Shown in pieces: positions 30,495 to 40,350 of a DNA stretch of 64,000 nt. The notes under the pieces are model-generated. The model made no database searches. It had not been told where the DNA came from and was given only the letters and a program-made list of their open reading frames with translations. Made by a program: the position numbers and the translations under genes. This stretch comes from an uncultured Nitrososphaerota archaeon (GTDB lineage Archaea > Thermoproteota > EX4484-205 > JAAOZO01), in the NCBI GenBank assembly GCA_964408285.1, contig CAYOYV010000006.1:11274-75273 (forward strand), given 5' to 3'. Each line of letters begins with the position of its first letter. Positions within the stretch are counted from its first letter, which is position 1.

Positions 30495-31886
30495 TTGCCG
30501 GAGAGGAAGGAATTAGCAATGTCGTCACGATCCTTCGAGGACATGACGCGGAAGGATTGGGTGATAGCAATCAGTGCGACGATGATAGTTGCACTTGCCT
30601 ATGGCATAGTCCTGTTCAGATATCCCCTCGTATATGGCATCGATAGTCCATACTATTTGATACAAGTCAGGTCAATACTCCGGACGGGGATGATATCATA
30701 TCCCGATCCCCCACTTTCATTCTATTTCTTCGCCCTATTGACAATGATCATCGGGGATTCAATGGTTGCTGTGAAGTTAGGTACAGTGCTATTCTGCGCC
30801 CTGACGGTGATTCCTTCCTATCTGATTGGCAAGAGGATAAGTGGGAGCACTCCGGCTGCAATAGCATCAGTTGTTGCTGCTTCGCTTTCGGCAGGTCTGA
30901 TGGTAATGAGCGGACAGCTTCTGAAGAATACCCTTGGTGTATTCTTCCTGATGAGCTTTATCTACCTGTGCCTTCGAATTCTGGAAGGAGACGAAAGCAA
31001 AACAACCAAAGGCGTGGCTATTGCTACATTCACGCTCACTGCACTGACTCATATACTAGACCTAGGGCTGGCTCTGCTCTATCTGATGCTCCTCTCAATC
31101 GCATCTTTGGTTATGGGCAGCACCAGGAGGAAGTTCCTTCATTTTTCTGTGCCGTTCTTAGTTGGGTGTGTCATGATCGGAGGGCTCGCCTACTTCGTGT
31201 ACGCAGGATACACGACAGATATAGGGAAGGGACTGATCTTTCTCCAGCAGTTCGTGGAGAATCTTGAGAACAACGATGTGTCGATATTGGCGGTCACTGT
31301 CCCGTCAAGAGCAGTTTCCTATCTGAGCGCTGCAATGGGTGTGGTAGGAGTTGCCATATACTACAGAAGAAAGAAGCCTGATGAGGCCGCGTTCATGGCT
31401 ATATCGACGATGGTTATTGTACTGCTGAACCTTCCATTCGTTCCAGACCAATTCTCTATGAGATTCACGTTGATGTCCTTCGTACCAATGTCCTCGATAG
31501 TGGCGGGATTGGCTGGCCTTATAGGAAGAAAGGGATTTCAATGGGGAGCGGTGGTTCTATTTGTTCCTCTATTTCTCTTGACACAAACTATTCCGGTGTC
31601 TAGAAAGTTAGGACCCATGATATCACCAGAGGAATACAATGATCTTCTGGAAATGGCCAATCTTATTCCTGAAGGAAGCAAGGTCATCGGAGGCAAGCCA
31701 GGAGCAGGATATTGGGTACTATACCTTCTAGATTCGGAGCAGTTCAAGCCATCGCCAGGCGAGATAATCGACTACCCGCTATACTTTGTCTCCGGTCCTG
31801 GGTGGAGGCCTGCACCACGGAATGCAATTTCAATCTACAGCGGAAACGCCCTCCACATGTATGTGATTCCGCCAGCAAGACGCTAG
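30495..31886 (+). CDS. multi-pass membrane protein, GT-C/PMT-like glycosyltransferase fold
   Basis: GID.PYY loop after TM1, DPPL, more than 10 TM segments. Confidence 0.55.
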   Translation: MPERKELAMSSRSFEDMTRKDWVIAISATMIVALAYGIVLFRYPLVYGIDSPYYLIQVRSILRTGMISYPDPPLSFYFFALLTMIIGDSMVAVKLGTVLFCALTVIPSYLIGKRISGSTPAAIASVVAASLSAGLMVMSGQLLKNTLGVFFLMSFIYLCLRILEGDESKTTKGVAIATFTLTALTHILDLGLALLYLMLLSIASLVMGSTRRKFLHFSVPFLVGCVMIGGLAYFVYAGYTTDIGKGLIFLQQFVENLENNDVSILAVTVPSRAVSYLSAAMGVVGVAIYYRRKKPDEAAFMAISTMVIVLLNLPFVPDQFSMRFTLMSFVPMSSIVAGLAGLIGRKGFQWGAVVLFVPLFLLTQTIPVSRKLGPMISPEEYNDLLEMANLIPEGSKVIGGKPGAGYWVLYLLDSEQFKPSPGEIIDYPLYFVSGPGWRPAPRNAISIYSGNALHMYVIPPARR

Positions 31887-31938
31887 TAGGTTGATCGCAG
31901 GCGAAAGCATCAATAAATGAATACGTAAAGACAACTGC

Positions 31939-32217
31939 GTGGCCTCGACCGTGAAGGCAACTGCCTTGGTCTTCAGCGCCAGAAAGAAGGCGAACTGCTA
32001 TGATTTTGCCCGAACCATGCTGGATGAAATGGAAAAAGAAGGAGTGGAAACGGAGCTAATTCGACTGTGTGATTACAGCATCAAGCCCTGCCAGAATTGT
32101 GACTACGAGTGCCTGGCGCGCATTGATCGCCCTGCCAGCAACAAAGAGCACGAGAAGTGTCCGATGAGAGATGATGTCGAATCCATTTGGCGCAAGGTAT
32201 GGCTGTTTTTCATCTAG
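31939..32217 (+). pseudogene. truncated iron-sulfur flavoprotein / NADPH-dependent FMN reductase
   Basis: SAR...N, IKPCQNCDYEC...CPMRDD motif; stops at 92 aa, before the rest of the flavodoxin fold. Confidence 0.6.
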
Positions 32218-32496
32218 GATCTCCCCCACATTTGACTATGTGCCCACTAGGCTACAGATAGACGGAAATGGAGCAAGGTCGTATAATCAGGAAAGGCGGT
32301 AGTGGTCTTGGAAACCAGGAACAGGCGAAGCATACGGAACTTCTCTCGTATGTATTACATCCCCTAATGAAACAGGTTTCCCCAAATACCGCATGGGGCA
32401 ACCTTCAATTCGCCCACTGGAATGGCAAGGGAGAGTCTGGGCTTAATTCGTTGAACGTTAAGTATTAATACGAGTCGACCTTTTCCTGCTGGTCGA

Positions 32497-32994
32497 ATGT
32501 CCGAGAAAAAGGAGTTCAGGGCCATAATAAGGATAGCAGGGACTGACTGTGACGGAGGTCTGAAGCTACCATATGGCCTAAGCAGGATAAAGGGAATTGG
32601 CAATAGCTTCGCCAATGCAATTATCCTATCCGCTGGCCTTTCTCCAGAAATGAGGCTAGGCTATCTCACTGATGATGAGGTCGCGAAGATCGAGGGAATA
32701 ATGCATGACCCAACATCTCACGGCATTCCGGTCTGGTTATTGAATAAGAGATCCGATCAGACGACTGGCAAGAGCGCACACGTTGTTGGATCGGATGTTG
32801 ACATCAGCACAAGATCCGACGTGGAGTTGATGAAGAAGATTGCCTCTTGGAAGGGCATCAGACATTCCCTTGGACTCAGGGTGAGAGGACAGAAAACAAA
32901 GACGAGCGGAAGGAAGGGAAGAGCGATAGGTGTAGTGAAGACAACTCTGTTTGCAGAGAGGGCAGCAATCGGAGAGCAAGCGGAGAAAAAATAG
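32497..32994 (+). CDS. rps13: 30S ribosomal protein uS13
   Basis: IKGIG and WKGIRHSLGLRVRGQKT motifs. Confidence 0.96.
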   Translation: MSEKKEFRAIIRIAGTDCDGGLKLPYGLSRIKGIGNSFANAIILSAGLSPEMRLGYLTDDEVAKIEGIMHDPTSHGIPVWLLNKRSDQTTGKSAHVVGSDVDISTRSDVELMKKIASWKGIRHSLGLRVRGQKTKTSGRKGRAIGVVKTTLFAERAAIGEQAEKK

Positions 32995-33007
32995 CCGGTG
33001 ACTTTGC

Positions 33008-33529
33008 ATGGGTTCTCCCCGAAGGATCAGAAGTTACCTGGTGGCACCTAGACAGCCATGGGTCAAGGAACGCATAGATCAGGAGCTTTCGCTCATAGGC
33101 GAATTCGGGCTGAGGTCAAAGAAGGAGCTCTACGCTGCGTCATCTATCTTGAGGAAAATGAGGGCCGCAGCACGTTCTTATCTGGCATTGCCCATCGAAG
33201 ATAGGGCGTCAAGGGAAAGGGAATTGATCTCTCGTCTCCACAAATTGGGTCTCGTCGAGGAAAATGCCTCCTTGGATGACGTTCTATCATTGGACATCAG
33301 GGCAATACTGAGTAGGCGACTTCAGTCCATAGTCCGGGCAAAGGGTCTAGCTAACTCTCTTCATGAATCAAGACAGCTGATCGTTCATGGAATGATAAAG
33401 GTGGGAGGCAGGGTGGTCAAGAACCCGAGCAGGCTTGTGACGAGAACTGAGGACTCCGAAGTTACCTCTAAGAAGGGCCAGGCAAAAACAGGAGCCACTG
33501 GAACGGAGAGCAGTGGCGTTCAGTCATAG
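33008..33529 (+). CDS. rps4: 30S ribosomal protein uS4
   Basis: PRQPW, FGLRSKKE, RRLQS and RQLIVHG motifs. Confidence 0.95.
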   Translation: MGSPRRIRSYLVAPRQPWVKERIDQELSLIGEFGLRSKKELYAASSILRKMRAAARSYLALPIEDRASRERELISRLHKLGLVEENASLDDVLSLDIRAILSRRLQSIVRAKGLANSLHESRQLIVHGMIKVGGRVVKNPSRLVTRTEDSEVTSKKGQAKTGATGTESSGVQS

Positions 33530-33604
33530 ACAAACGTGTCCCGACTGCTAATCTGGAAGGACCCCAGTCATTTTTTCATCACATAGCACGTGCCATTCCT
33601 CTTG

Positions 33605-34468
33605 TCAGAATCTGGCGTCCGGTGCCACTTCGTATGAACTCCTAATCGCCTCCCAATAAGTCTGGGGTGTTCCTATGTCAAATCTGGTCTCGTCTTGCCT
33701 CAGTTTCACTGCATGTACATTGGTGCCGAGTTCAATCAACCTCTGTATCGCATCAGTCAACTGCAATTCGCCATGTAGGCCGGGCCTGATCGCTTTCAGT
33801 TCCGAGAAAATCATGGGTTTGAAGACATACAACGGGACTACCGCGAGATTGCTTCTTGGAGCCTCTGGCTTTTCCACGGCAGAGACGACCTTGAGATGAC
33901 CTGAATCGTCCGTTACCTCGACGACTCCATACTTCCTCGGATCCTCGACCTCCAATACGACCAAGGAGGCTGAGTCATCGGTTGAATGATGAAGTTGCAT
34001 CAGTCTCTTCACGAGGTCATTCTCCCTTGAGGATACGAATGTATCTCCCGCTGCCACCAAAAAGTCATCATCACCGACGAAATCCTTTGCCAAAAGAACT
34101 GCGTCTCCAAAACCTTTGGGAAAAGGTTGATTTATCCAGATGATACTCGATTTCTCGACTCTTTCATAGAAGGATTTCATCTCTTCGTGCAGTTCGGGCT
34201 TTCCAGAAGTCTGCAGGTAGGCTAGGAAATCATAGTCTGGAGTGAAGTGATCCTCTATTGCCCTCTTGCCGCGACCAACAATGAAGCAGAATTCAGCAAG
34301 CCCGCAAACGCATAGCTGCTCGAAAAGAGCCTGCAGAAGCGGCTTCAAAGTCATACCATTCTTTCCTGCAGAGAAGACAGGTAGCATTTCCTTGGGCAAT
34401 TCCTTGCTCATTGGAAGCAGCCTCGTTCCCAGGCCGGCCGCGGTTATCACTGCCTTCCTGATATGCAT
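33605..34468 (-). CDS. galU: UTP--glucose-1-phosphate uridylyltransferase-like sugar nucleotidyltransferase
   Basis: KAVITAAGLGTRLLP..K..PKEMLP, VEKP and ELQLTDAI motifs. Confidence 0.85.
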   Translation of the reverse strand: MHIRKAVITAAGLGTRLLPMSKELPKEMLPVFSAGKNGMTLKPLLQALFEQLCVCGLAEFCFIVGRGKRAIEDHFTPDYDFLAYLQTSGKPELHEEMKSFYERVEKSSIIWINQPFPKGFGDAVLLAKDFVGDDDFLVAAGDTFVSSRENDLVKRLMQLHHSTDDSASLVVLEVEDPRKYGVVEVTDDSGHLKVVSAVEKPEAPRSNLAVVPLYVFKPMIFSELKAIRPGLHGELQLTDAIQRLIELGTNVHAVKLRQDETRFDIGTPQTYWEAIRSSYEVAPDARF

Positions 34469-34572
34469 ACCAATTGCTCCCTGCGTCTTCAACAAATTAA
34501 AAGGTTTGTTAGTGTGGTTTGACGATAGGTTTACATGAACCCAATTGCTTCAGCGGATGGGAAGACCTCAGA

Positions 34573-35655
34573 ATGAAACTGCTCGCCTCGGCCCCAGGCA
34601 GGATTTGTCTCTTCGGGGAGCACATGGATTGGTGTCGCAGGTCAGTCATACCGGTGGCCGTAGACATGAGGATCTTCATGTTATTGAAGGATGCGACTGG
34701 AGACATCGTTAGGGTTGATTCACATCCTCCCTTCACTCTCCACGATCAATTTGACCTACGCGATTTCGACCCAACGGGAGGAGATGACCTCAGATATGTC
34801 AGGGCTGTTTGCAGGGCGATGATGAATGCTGGTCATCGTTTGCCCGGCTGCAACATTAGGTTAGCTAAATGTGGTGAAGTTTCAAGATTGACTGGGGAGA
34901 AGGGCATTGTTGATCTTCCAGCGGGACGTGGTTTGTCGTCGAGTGCGGCAGTTTGTGTCGCAGCAGCCGGAGCTCTAGGAACACTCGCCAACGGGATTGT
35001 AGAAGAGAGAAAGGAATTCGTTCCTTTGACAAAGATTGCAGACATTGCCTATACTGCGGAAAGGAAGATCTTGGGCGTCAATTGTGGGCAAATGGACCAA
35101 TATGCTTCCGCCTTGGGGAATGTTCTGTATATGGATTGCACCACTGAGCCGGCTACACCAACATTCCTCCGGCCCAACACAATCCTTCCTTTGGTCATAG
35201 GAGATACTAAACAAAGCAAGGACACCCCAATGATATTGGCTTGGTTGGGGGAGAGATTCGCACAAAGGGAGCGTCTCTTTATGGACGGGATGACGGAAAT
35301 CGTAAGCATAGTTGAGGAGGCAAAACATGAATTGACAAAAGAGAACCCTGATCTGGAGCGAATAGGCGAACTGATGAACCTCAATCAGCACTACCTGAAG
35401 GACTACCTAAGGGTTTCAGGAGACTGCCCCGTTTCGCCGAATGGGTTGGACCTCCTTATCGAGGTTTCTCTTTCCGCAGGAGCTTTGGGGGCAAAGCTCA
35501 GCGGTTCTGGGGGTGGAGGCGCGATGGTGGCGCTATGCAGACCTCAGGACGTAGATTCCGTTGCGGAGGCCATTAGGAAGAAAGGAGGAGAAGCCTTTGT
35601 GACTGTGGTTGCCAAGGAAGGACTATCTCTGAGGGACCTAACCTCTTGTGCCTAG
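34573..35655 (+). CDS. GHMP kinase (galactokinase-like)
   Basis: APGRICLFGEH, PAGRGLSSSAA, CGQMDQ and GAKLSGSGGGG motifs. Confidence 0.85.
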   Translation: MKLLASAPGRICLFGEHMDWCRRSVIPVAVDMRIFMLLKDATGDIVRVDSHPPFTLHDQFDLRDFDPTGGDDLRYVRAVCRAMMNAGHRLPGCNIRLAKCGEVSRLTGEKGIVDLPAGRGLSSSAAVCVAAAGALGTLANGIVEERKEFVPLTKIADIAYTAERKILGVNCGQMDQYASALGNVLYMDCTTEPATPTFLRPNTILPLVIGDTKQSKDTPMILAWLGERFAQRERLFMDGMTEIVSIVEEAKHELTKENPDLERIGELMNLNQHYLKDYLRVSGDCPVSPNGLDLLIEVSLSAGALGAKLSGSGGGGAMVALCRPQDVDSVAEAIRKKGGEAFVTVVAKEGLSLRDLTSCA

Positions 35656-36589
35656 AATCCAGAATCATCAGGGCCGCTCATCCAATGAGAAACATCCGAT
35701 AAGACTTAAGAAATTGATGGCACTCGAGCAACACATGGGAGTGAGAGTAACAGCGCCGGTAAGAATCGACATATCCGGAGGCTGGCCTGACTCTGATCCC
35801 TACAGGGCTGACTTCGGCGGTTTCGTATTGAATGCAGCGATTAACCTTCGCGTTTCGGCCTGCCTGAACAGGGATCTCGTGATCTCTCCAGGATCGGTTC
35901 CACCTCATAGTGGTCTTGGGGCTTCAGGTGCACTCAGAACGGCTGAACTGGTCGCCTCCAATCCACGTCTACTCAGGGATAAGATCGGCCTTATCGGAAA
36001 AGTCCATGCCTACGAAAATAAGATAATCGAGAACAGGGCTGGATTCCAAGATGAAGCGGCGGCCATTTTCGGTGGAGTGAATTATTGGGAGTTTGGCAGG
36101 AAGGGAAAAATCCGGTTGCAGAAGATTGCAAGGAAAAAGGCGGAGCACTTGGAGGAAAGGATACTCGTGATCTACACAGGTCAGACCCATCTTTCTGCAA
36201 ATGTCCACGATCTAGTTTTCGGACCCCGAAACTACAGGAGGAACATACCTGCACTGCACAGGATGAAGCAGATTGCGGCCGAAATGAGAGAGAATATGGC
36301 GAACGAAAAGGACATGGCGAGATTGATAGACGAGACTTGGGCTCTGCAGAAGTCCCTCCATTCTTCAATAGAAACGAGCCGAATGAGGACCGTTCAGAAA
36401 GTCCTGAGGCAATACTATCTGGCTGCCAGAGCTACCGGCGCGGGAGGGGGAGGATCCATGATCTTCTACACGGATGACAAAGAGAGGCTAATGAGGATCA
36501 TGAGACAGAGGAGAAGGGAACTAACCGGTATCAGCATGATCAAATGCAGATTCGATTATCTCGGCGTCAGGTGCACCGAATTCTCTTAG
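35648..36589 (+). CDS. GHMP sugar kinase (HddA heptose-7-phosphate kinase-like)
   Basis: APVRIDISGGWPD, SGLGASG, GFQD and GAGGGG motifs; start uncertain. Confidence 0.75.
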   Translation: MPRIQNHQGRSSNEKHPIRLKKLMALEQHMGVRVTAPVRIDISGGWPDSDPYRADFGGFVLNAAINLRVSACLNRDLVISPGSVPPHSGLGASGALRTAELVASNPRLLRDKIGLIGKVHAYENKIIENRAGFQDEAAAIFGGVNYWEFGRKGKIRLQKIARKKAEHLEERILVIYTGQTHLSANVHDLVFGPRNYRRNIPALHRMKQIAAEMRENMANEKDMARLIDETWALQKSLHSSIETSRMRTVQKVLRQYYLAARATGAGGGGSMIFYTDDKERLMRIMRQRRRELTGISMIKCRFDYLGVRCTEFS

Positions 36590-36650
36590 CACGGATTGGG
36601 AGTCCCTGAACAACCTAGAATGCGCCATTGCTTCTTTCATCCATCTCTGC

Positions 36651-37778
36651 TTAGACGGAAAAAACCTTGTCGACGATCTCATAACTCCGCGAAATGTCAT
36701 AATTCCTCACGGCACGTTCTCTGCCCTCGGTGCCCATTTTCCTACATAGCCCAAAATCGCCTAACAGACGCATTATCGCCCCGGCTATCTCATTAACTTT
36801 GAGCGGGTCAACATGAAAGCCGGTCAAGCCATCAAGAATGGTTTCCCGGGGGCCTCCTGTCCCAACGATCGTGGGTCGCCCTTGGGCCATCCCTTCTATT
36901 GGAACCAATCCCCACGGCTCATCTATGGTGGGATACGCTACAATCTGTGAACTCCTATAAAGCTCATCAAGATCACTCCCTGTCTTCACACCGAGATACT
37001 CCACTACTCCCTCACTTTCAGTCAGAGCCTCTTTGAATCTCTCCTCTTCGTTTTCGAGAATCGGACCTGCTATTGTGAGTCTTGAATCCTTGAAGCTTTG
37101 AGTCACGATCTTCATGGCCTCCATCAATCTATACACGTTCTTGATCCAATGAATGGCACCAACGTAGAGGATTCTCCTTGTTTCCTCTATTGGTTTGACG
37201 ATGATCTTTTCAGTATCTATTCCCCAGGGAATCTCGACGATCTTGTCCTGCGATACACCCATTCTCATCATGATGTTTCCTATGTAGCGAGAATAGACGA
37301 TTATCTTGTCGTAGTGGTTCCTGAAAGCGTCCATGTATAGCTTCTTATATATGGGAATCCTGATCCTAGGACGTATACCCTCATATTTTATGAAAGAGGA
37401 GCTTCCAAATTCGTCGAAGAATATGGATCTCCTGGGCTCATGACACCAGCAGTAATGCAGGGCGCGTCTCTTCCTTTTTCTTGAAATCAAGTAGTCAATT
37501 ATTGGGGGAGCATTGCTCATGAGAAGTATGTCATATGGAATCACATCCATCTTCCTCTGAATTTCCCTTGAAAACGCTAGATTGTTGATGAAATTGAATC
37601 CCCGGGAGTCTGTCTTTATTGAGATGTGCTGAGTTCCAGGGATTCCCACCGGGCCCTCATCGTGAGAGATGACGCATACTTCGTTTCTCACTGCCAGATG
37701 AGCGGCCAAATTCCTGATTATCAATTCCGCACCACGAACTTGGGCGAATGTTGGGTGATAGATCACAATCTTGGCCAA
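36651..37778 (-). CDS. glycosyltransferase family 4
   Basis: EPWGLVPIEGMAQG (Ex7E) motif. Confidence 0.9.
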   Translation of the reverse strand: MAKIVIYHPTFAQVRGAELIIRNLAAHLAVRNEVCVISHDEGPVGIPGTQHISIKTDSRGFNFINNLAFSREIQRKMDVIPYDILLMSNAPPIIDYLISRKRKRRALHYCWCHEPRRSIFFDEFGSSSFIKYEGIRPRIRIPIYKKLYMDAFRNHYDKIIVYSRYIGNIMMRMGVSQDKIVEIPWGIDTEKIIVKPIEETRRILYVGAIHWIKNVYRLMEAMKIVTQSFKDSRLTIAGPILENEEERFKEALTESEGVVEYLGVKTGSDLDELYRSSQIVAYPTIDEPWGLVPIEGMAQGRPTIVGTGGPRETILDGLTGFHVDPLKVNEIAGAIMRLLGDFGLCRKMGTEGRERAVRNYDISRSYEIVDKVFSV

Positions 37779-37944
37779 CTGCTGTTGTGACTTATTTTTT
37801 CGTTTGTATTAAACTTATTGAATCGCGTTGGCCATCTCAAGTGCTTGCTTTGTTGCTCCTTTGAGCGACCAAGGCGATGGGATCCGTGGTGATTGTCGGC
37901 TCGGCGCATTCTTGAAGCCTGAGAGGTTTGTTAGAAGTTAAATA

Positions 37945-39000
37945 GTGGAACTTTTTGAGTTGAACACCTTGAGGGTGCTGGTCACGGGTGGTGCCGGATT
38001 CATAGGGTCCCACATCGTCGAATTCTACTCGAATAGGGGTGACGAGGTCGTCGCTCTCGACAGCCTCGCAAGGGGAGAGATGCTAAGGAGGGAGGAGTAC
38101 GGCATTCAGAGCAATTGGGAATACCTCAGGTCTCTGAAGAACGTTACTCCTGTGAAGGGAGACATTCGAGACTTCGAAAAACTGAAGGACGTTGCAGCTG
38201 GCTGTGAAGTGATCTTTCACGCGGCAGCACAAGTGGCGGTTACATCATCAGTGACGGATCCAGTCCTGGATTTTGAGATAAATGCGAAGGGCACTATAAA
38301 TGTCCTTGAGGCATCTAGGTTACATGACGCCTCAGTGGTCTTCACTTCAACTAACAAAGCCTACGGCGAGAACGTCAACAAGATTCCAGTTACGGAGAAG
38401 GAGAAGAGGTACGAATATGCTGATCCGAAATACAATCGGGGAATACCTGAGGAGTTCCCAATAGATCTGACAGGTCATAGTCCCTATGGGTGCTCGAAGT
38501 TGTCAGCGGACCTCTATGTTCAGGATTATGCGCACACCTACGGCCTCAAGACTGGAGTATTCAGACAAAGCTGCATCTACGGCGAAAGGCAATTCGGAGT
38601 CGAAGATCAGGGATGGGTAGCTTGGTTTGTAATCGCCACGTTAAGCAATAGACCCATAACGATCTATGGCGATGGAAAGCAGGTTAGGGATGTTCTATAC
38701 GTCAAAGATCTAGTAACGGCCTTTGATGCGTTCTTGAACAGCCATTTGAGGCACGAGGTCTTCAACACTGGCGGCGGCCCGAAGAACACTCTTTCCTTAT
38801 TGGAGCTTCTGGACATACTCGAGGAATTCACACGAACTAGGCCGAGGATTTCGTTTTCGTCCTGGAGGCCTGCAGATCAGAAGGTCTATGTCTCCGATAT
38901 CTCCAAGATGTTCAGATTGCTCCACTGGAAGCCTCTCGTGGGGCCACAGGCTGGCGTAAAGAAGCTAGTTGAGTTCTTCAGGAAAAAATCAACATCTTAG
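37945..39000 (+). CDS. NAD-dependent nucleotide-sugar epimerase (CDP-paratose 2-epimerase-like)
   Basis: TGGAGFIG, AAQVAVT, STNK, YGCSK and EDQGWVAWF motifs. Confidence 0.88.
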   Translation: MELFELNTLRVLVTGGAGFIGSHIVEFYSNRGDEVVALDSLARGEMLRREEYGIQSNWEYLRSLKNVTPVKGDIRDFEKLKDVAAGCEVIFHAAAQVAVTSSVTDPVLDFEINAKGTINVLEASRLHDASVVFTSTNKAYGENVNKIPVTEKEKRYEYADPKYNRGIPEEFPIDLTGHSPYGCSKLSADLYVQDYAHTYGLKTGVFRQSCIYGERQFGVEDQGWVAWFVIATLSNRPITIYGDGKQVRDVLYVKDLVTAFDAFLNSHLRHEVFNTGGGPKNTLSLLELLDILEEFTRTRPRISFSSWRPADQKVYVSDISKMFRLLHWKPLVGPQAGVKKLVEFFRKKSTS

Positions 39001-39147
39001 TATAGATTGCTTGCGTGAAGCATCTCTAGAGCAAGGAGCTGCGATCTCCCTCGGGCATTTTCCACGTTCAAACCGAAGTGATCGGCCATCCTAGTGTTAA
39101 TTCTCACTTTACTTATAAGTGGCTTCTATTGCTCACCGTAAGTATAA

Positions 39148-40275
39148 TTGAAGGTCGGAATAGTGCTTGACTGGGCAGACAGATTCGGTGGGGGACAGCG
39201 TTGTGCCTCTTGGCTGGTTAGAGCCATGAAAAGCCTCGGGCACGATGTAGCATGTGCCTCCCTCGCGGGTCCAGTGCAAGGAAGAAGCTATCCAGAGTTC
39301 TTCGAAGTTAAGGATTGGTTCACCCCGCGTGGCCTCTTCCCTCCCAAGGGGAAACTCTACCAACTACTATTGGGATTGGGTGGTGCTACTCTCGATTGCG
39401 ACAGGGAGTTTCAACCAGAGGTGATCATAAACACCGCTCCATTCCCACCGGCGTTGAGAGACATAAAAGCAAAGAAGGTGCAATACATCTATTATCCGTT
39501 TGACCTCTCCCTTCTGAAAAAAGACAATCCGCTTTTCAGGTTATACAGGGCACCCATCTGGCACTTCAACAGAGAGGCTCTTGACAGGATAGACATGTTC
39601 ATAGCGATTAGCAACTACAGCAGACAGGCAACCATCGATGCCTGGGGGAAGTACCTTCACGGAAAAGATATCTCGGTGATATATTCCGCGGCAATCGACG
39701 TCGAAGATTTCCGAATGCAAATTCCAAGGGAGAATAAGGTATGCTATGTTGGAAGGATTCATCCGCTGAAGGGAGTGGACGACGTAATACAGGGATTTGA
39801 AAGGGCCAAAGTTCCGGGCAGTAGACTCGTAATAGCTGGAGGCGTGGACAATCAAGCGATTTCCCAGGCATACTATTCCCGCCTTCTGGAAAAAGAAGCA
39901 AAATCCCAGGGCAAGATCGAGGTAATGCCCAATCCATCTGACCAAAGGGTAATCGAAGTCTATGCATCAAGTCGTGCCTTTGCGAACTTCTTCTTCGGGG
40001 AGCATTTCGGCATAGTCCCTGTAGAGGCCATGGCAGCAGGTACTCCACCTGTTGTCGCAAGGGGGGGCGGGCAACTGGAAACTGTGGTTGACGGGAAAAC
40101 TGGCTTTCTCGTTTCAAACGTTGAGGAAATGGGCGATAGGATGAGTTGTCTCCTGACTGATGATGCACTCTTTCGAAGAATGTCGGAAGACGCAAGAAGA
40201 CACGTGGAGGCAAAATTCTCGAGAGAAGCTTTTGTTCGGAGCTGGAACGAGGCCATGGAAAAACTAATGGCGTGA
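39148..40275 (+). CDS. glycosyltransferase family 4 (ALG11/ALG2-like motif)
   Basis: GGGQR and EHFGIVPVEAMAAG motifs. Confidence 0.88.
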   Translation: MKVGIVLDWADRFGGGQRCASWLVRAMKSLGHDVACASLAGPVQGRSYPEFFEVKDWFTPRGLFPPKGKLYQLLLGLGGATLDCDREFQPEVIINTAPFPPALRDIKAKKVQYIYYPFDLSLLKKDNPLFRLYRAPIWHFNREALDRIDMFIAISNYSRQATIDAWGKYLHGKDISVIYSAAIDVEDFRMQIPRENKVCYVGRIHPLKGVDDVIQGFERAKVPGSRLVIAGGVDNQAISQAYYSRLLEKEAKSQGKIEVMPNPSDQRVIEVYASSRAFANFFFGEHFGIVPVEAMAAGTPPVVARGGGQLETVVDGKTGFLVSNVEEMGDRMSCLLTDDALFRRMSEDARRHVEAKFSREAFVRSWNEAMEKLMA

Positions 40276-40350
40276 GCAAGTCTACAGGAAACTCTCCGAA
40301 TATTCTCCAAATGACCGAGTGTAATCGATCTGCTTTTTCGCCTCCCTTGT

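Noticed and set aside
34860-34912. Apparent insertion before the PxGxGL motif of the first GHMP kinase as a possible in-frame intron
   Set aside because: No BHB fold found by eye and the ORF is open, so a protein loop is more likely.
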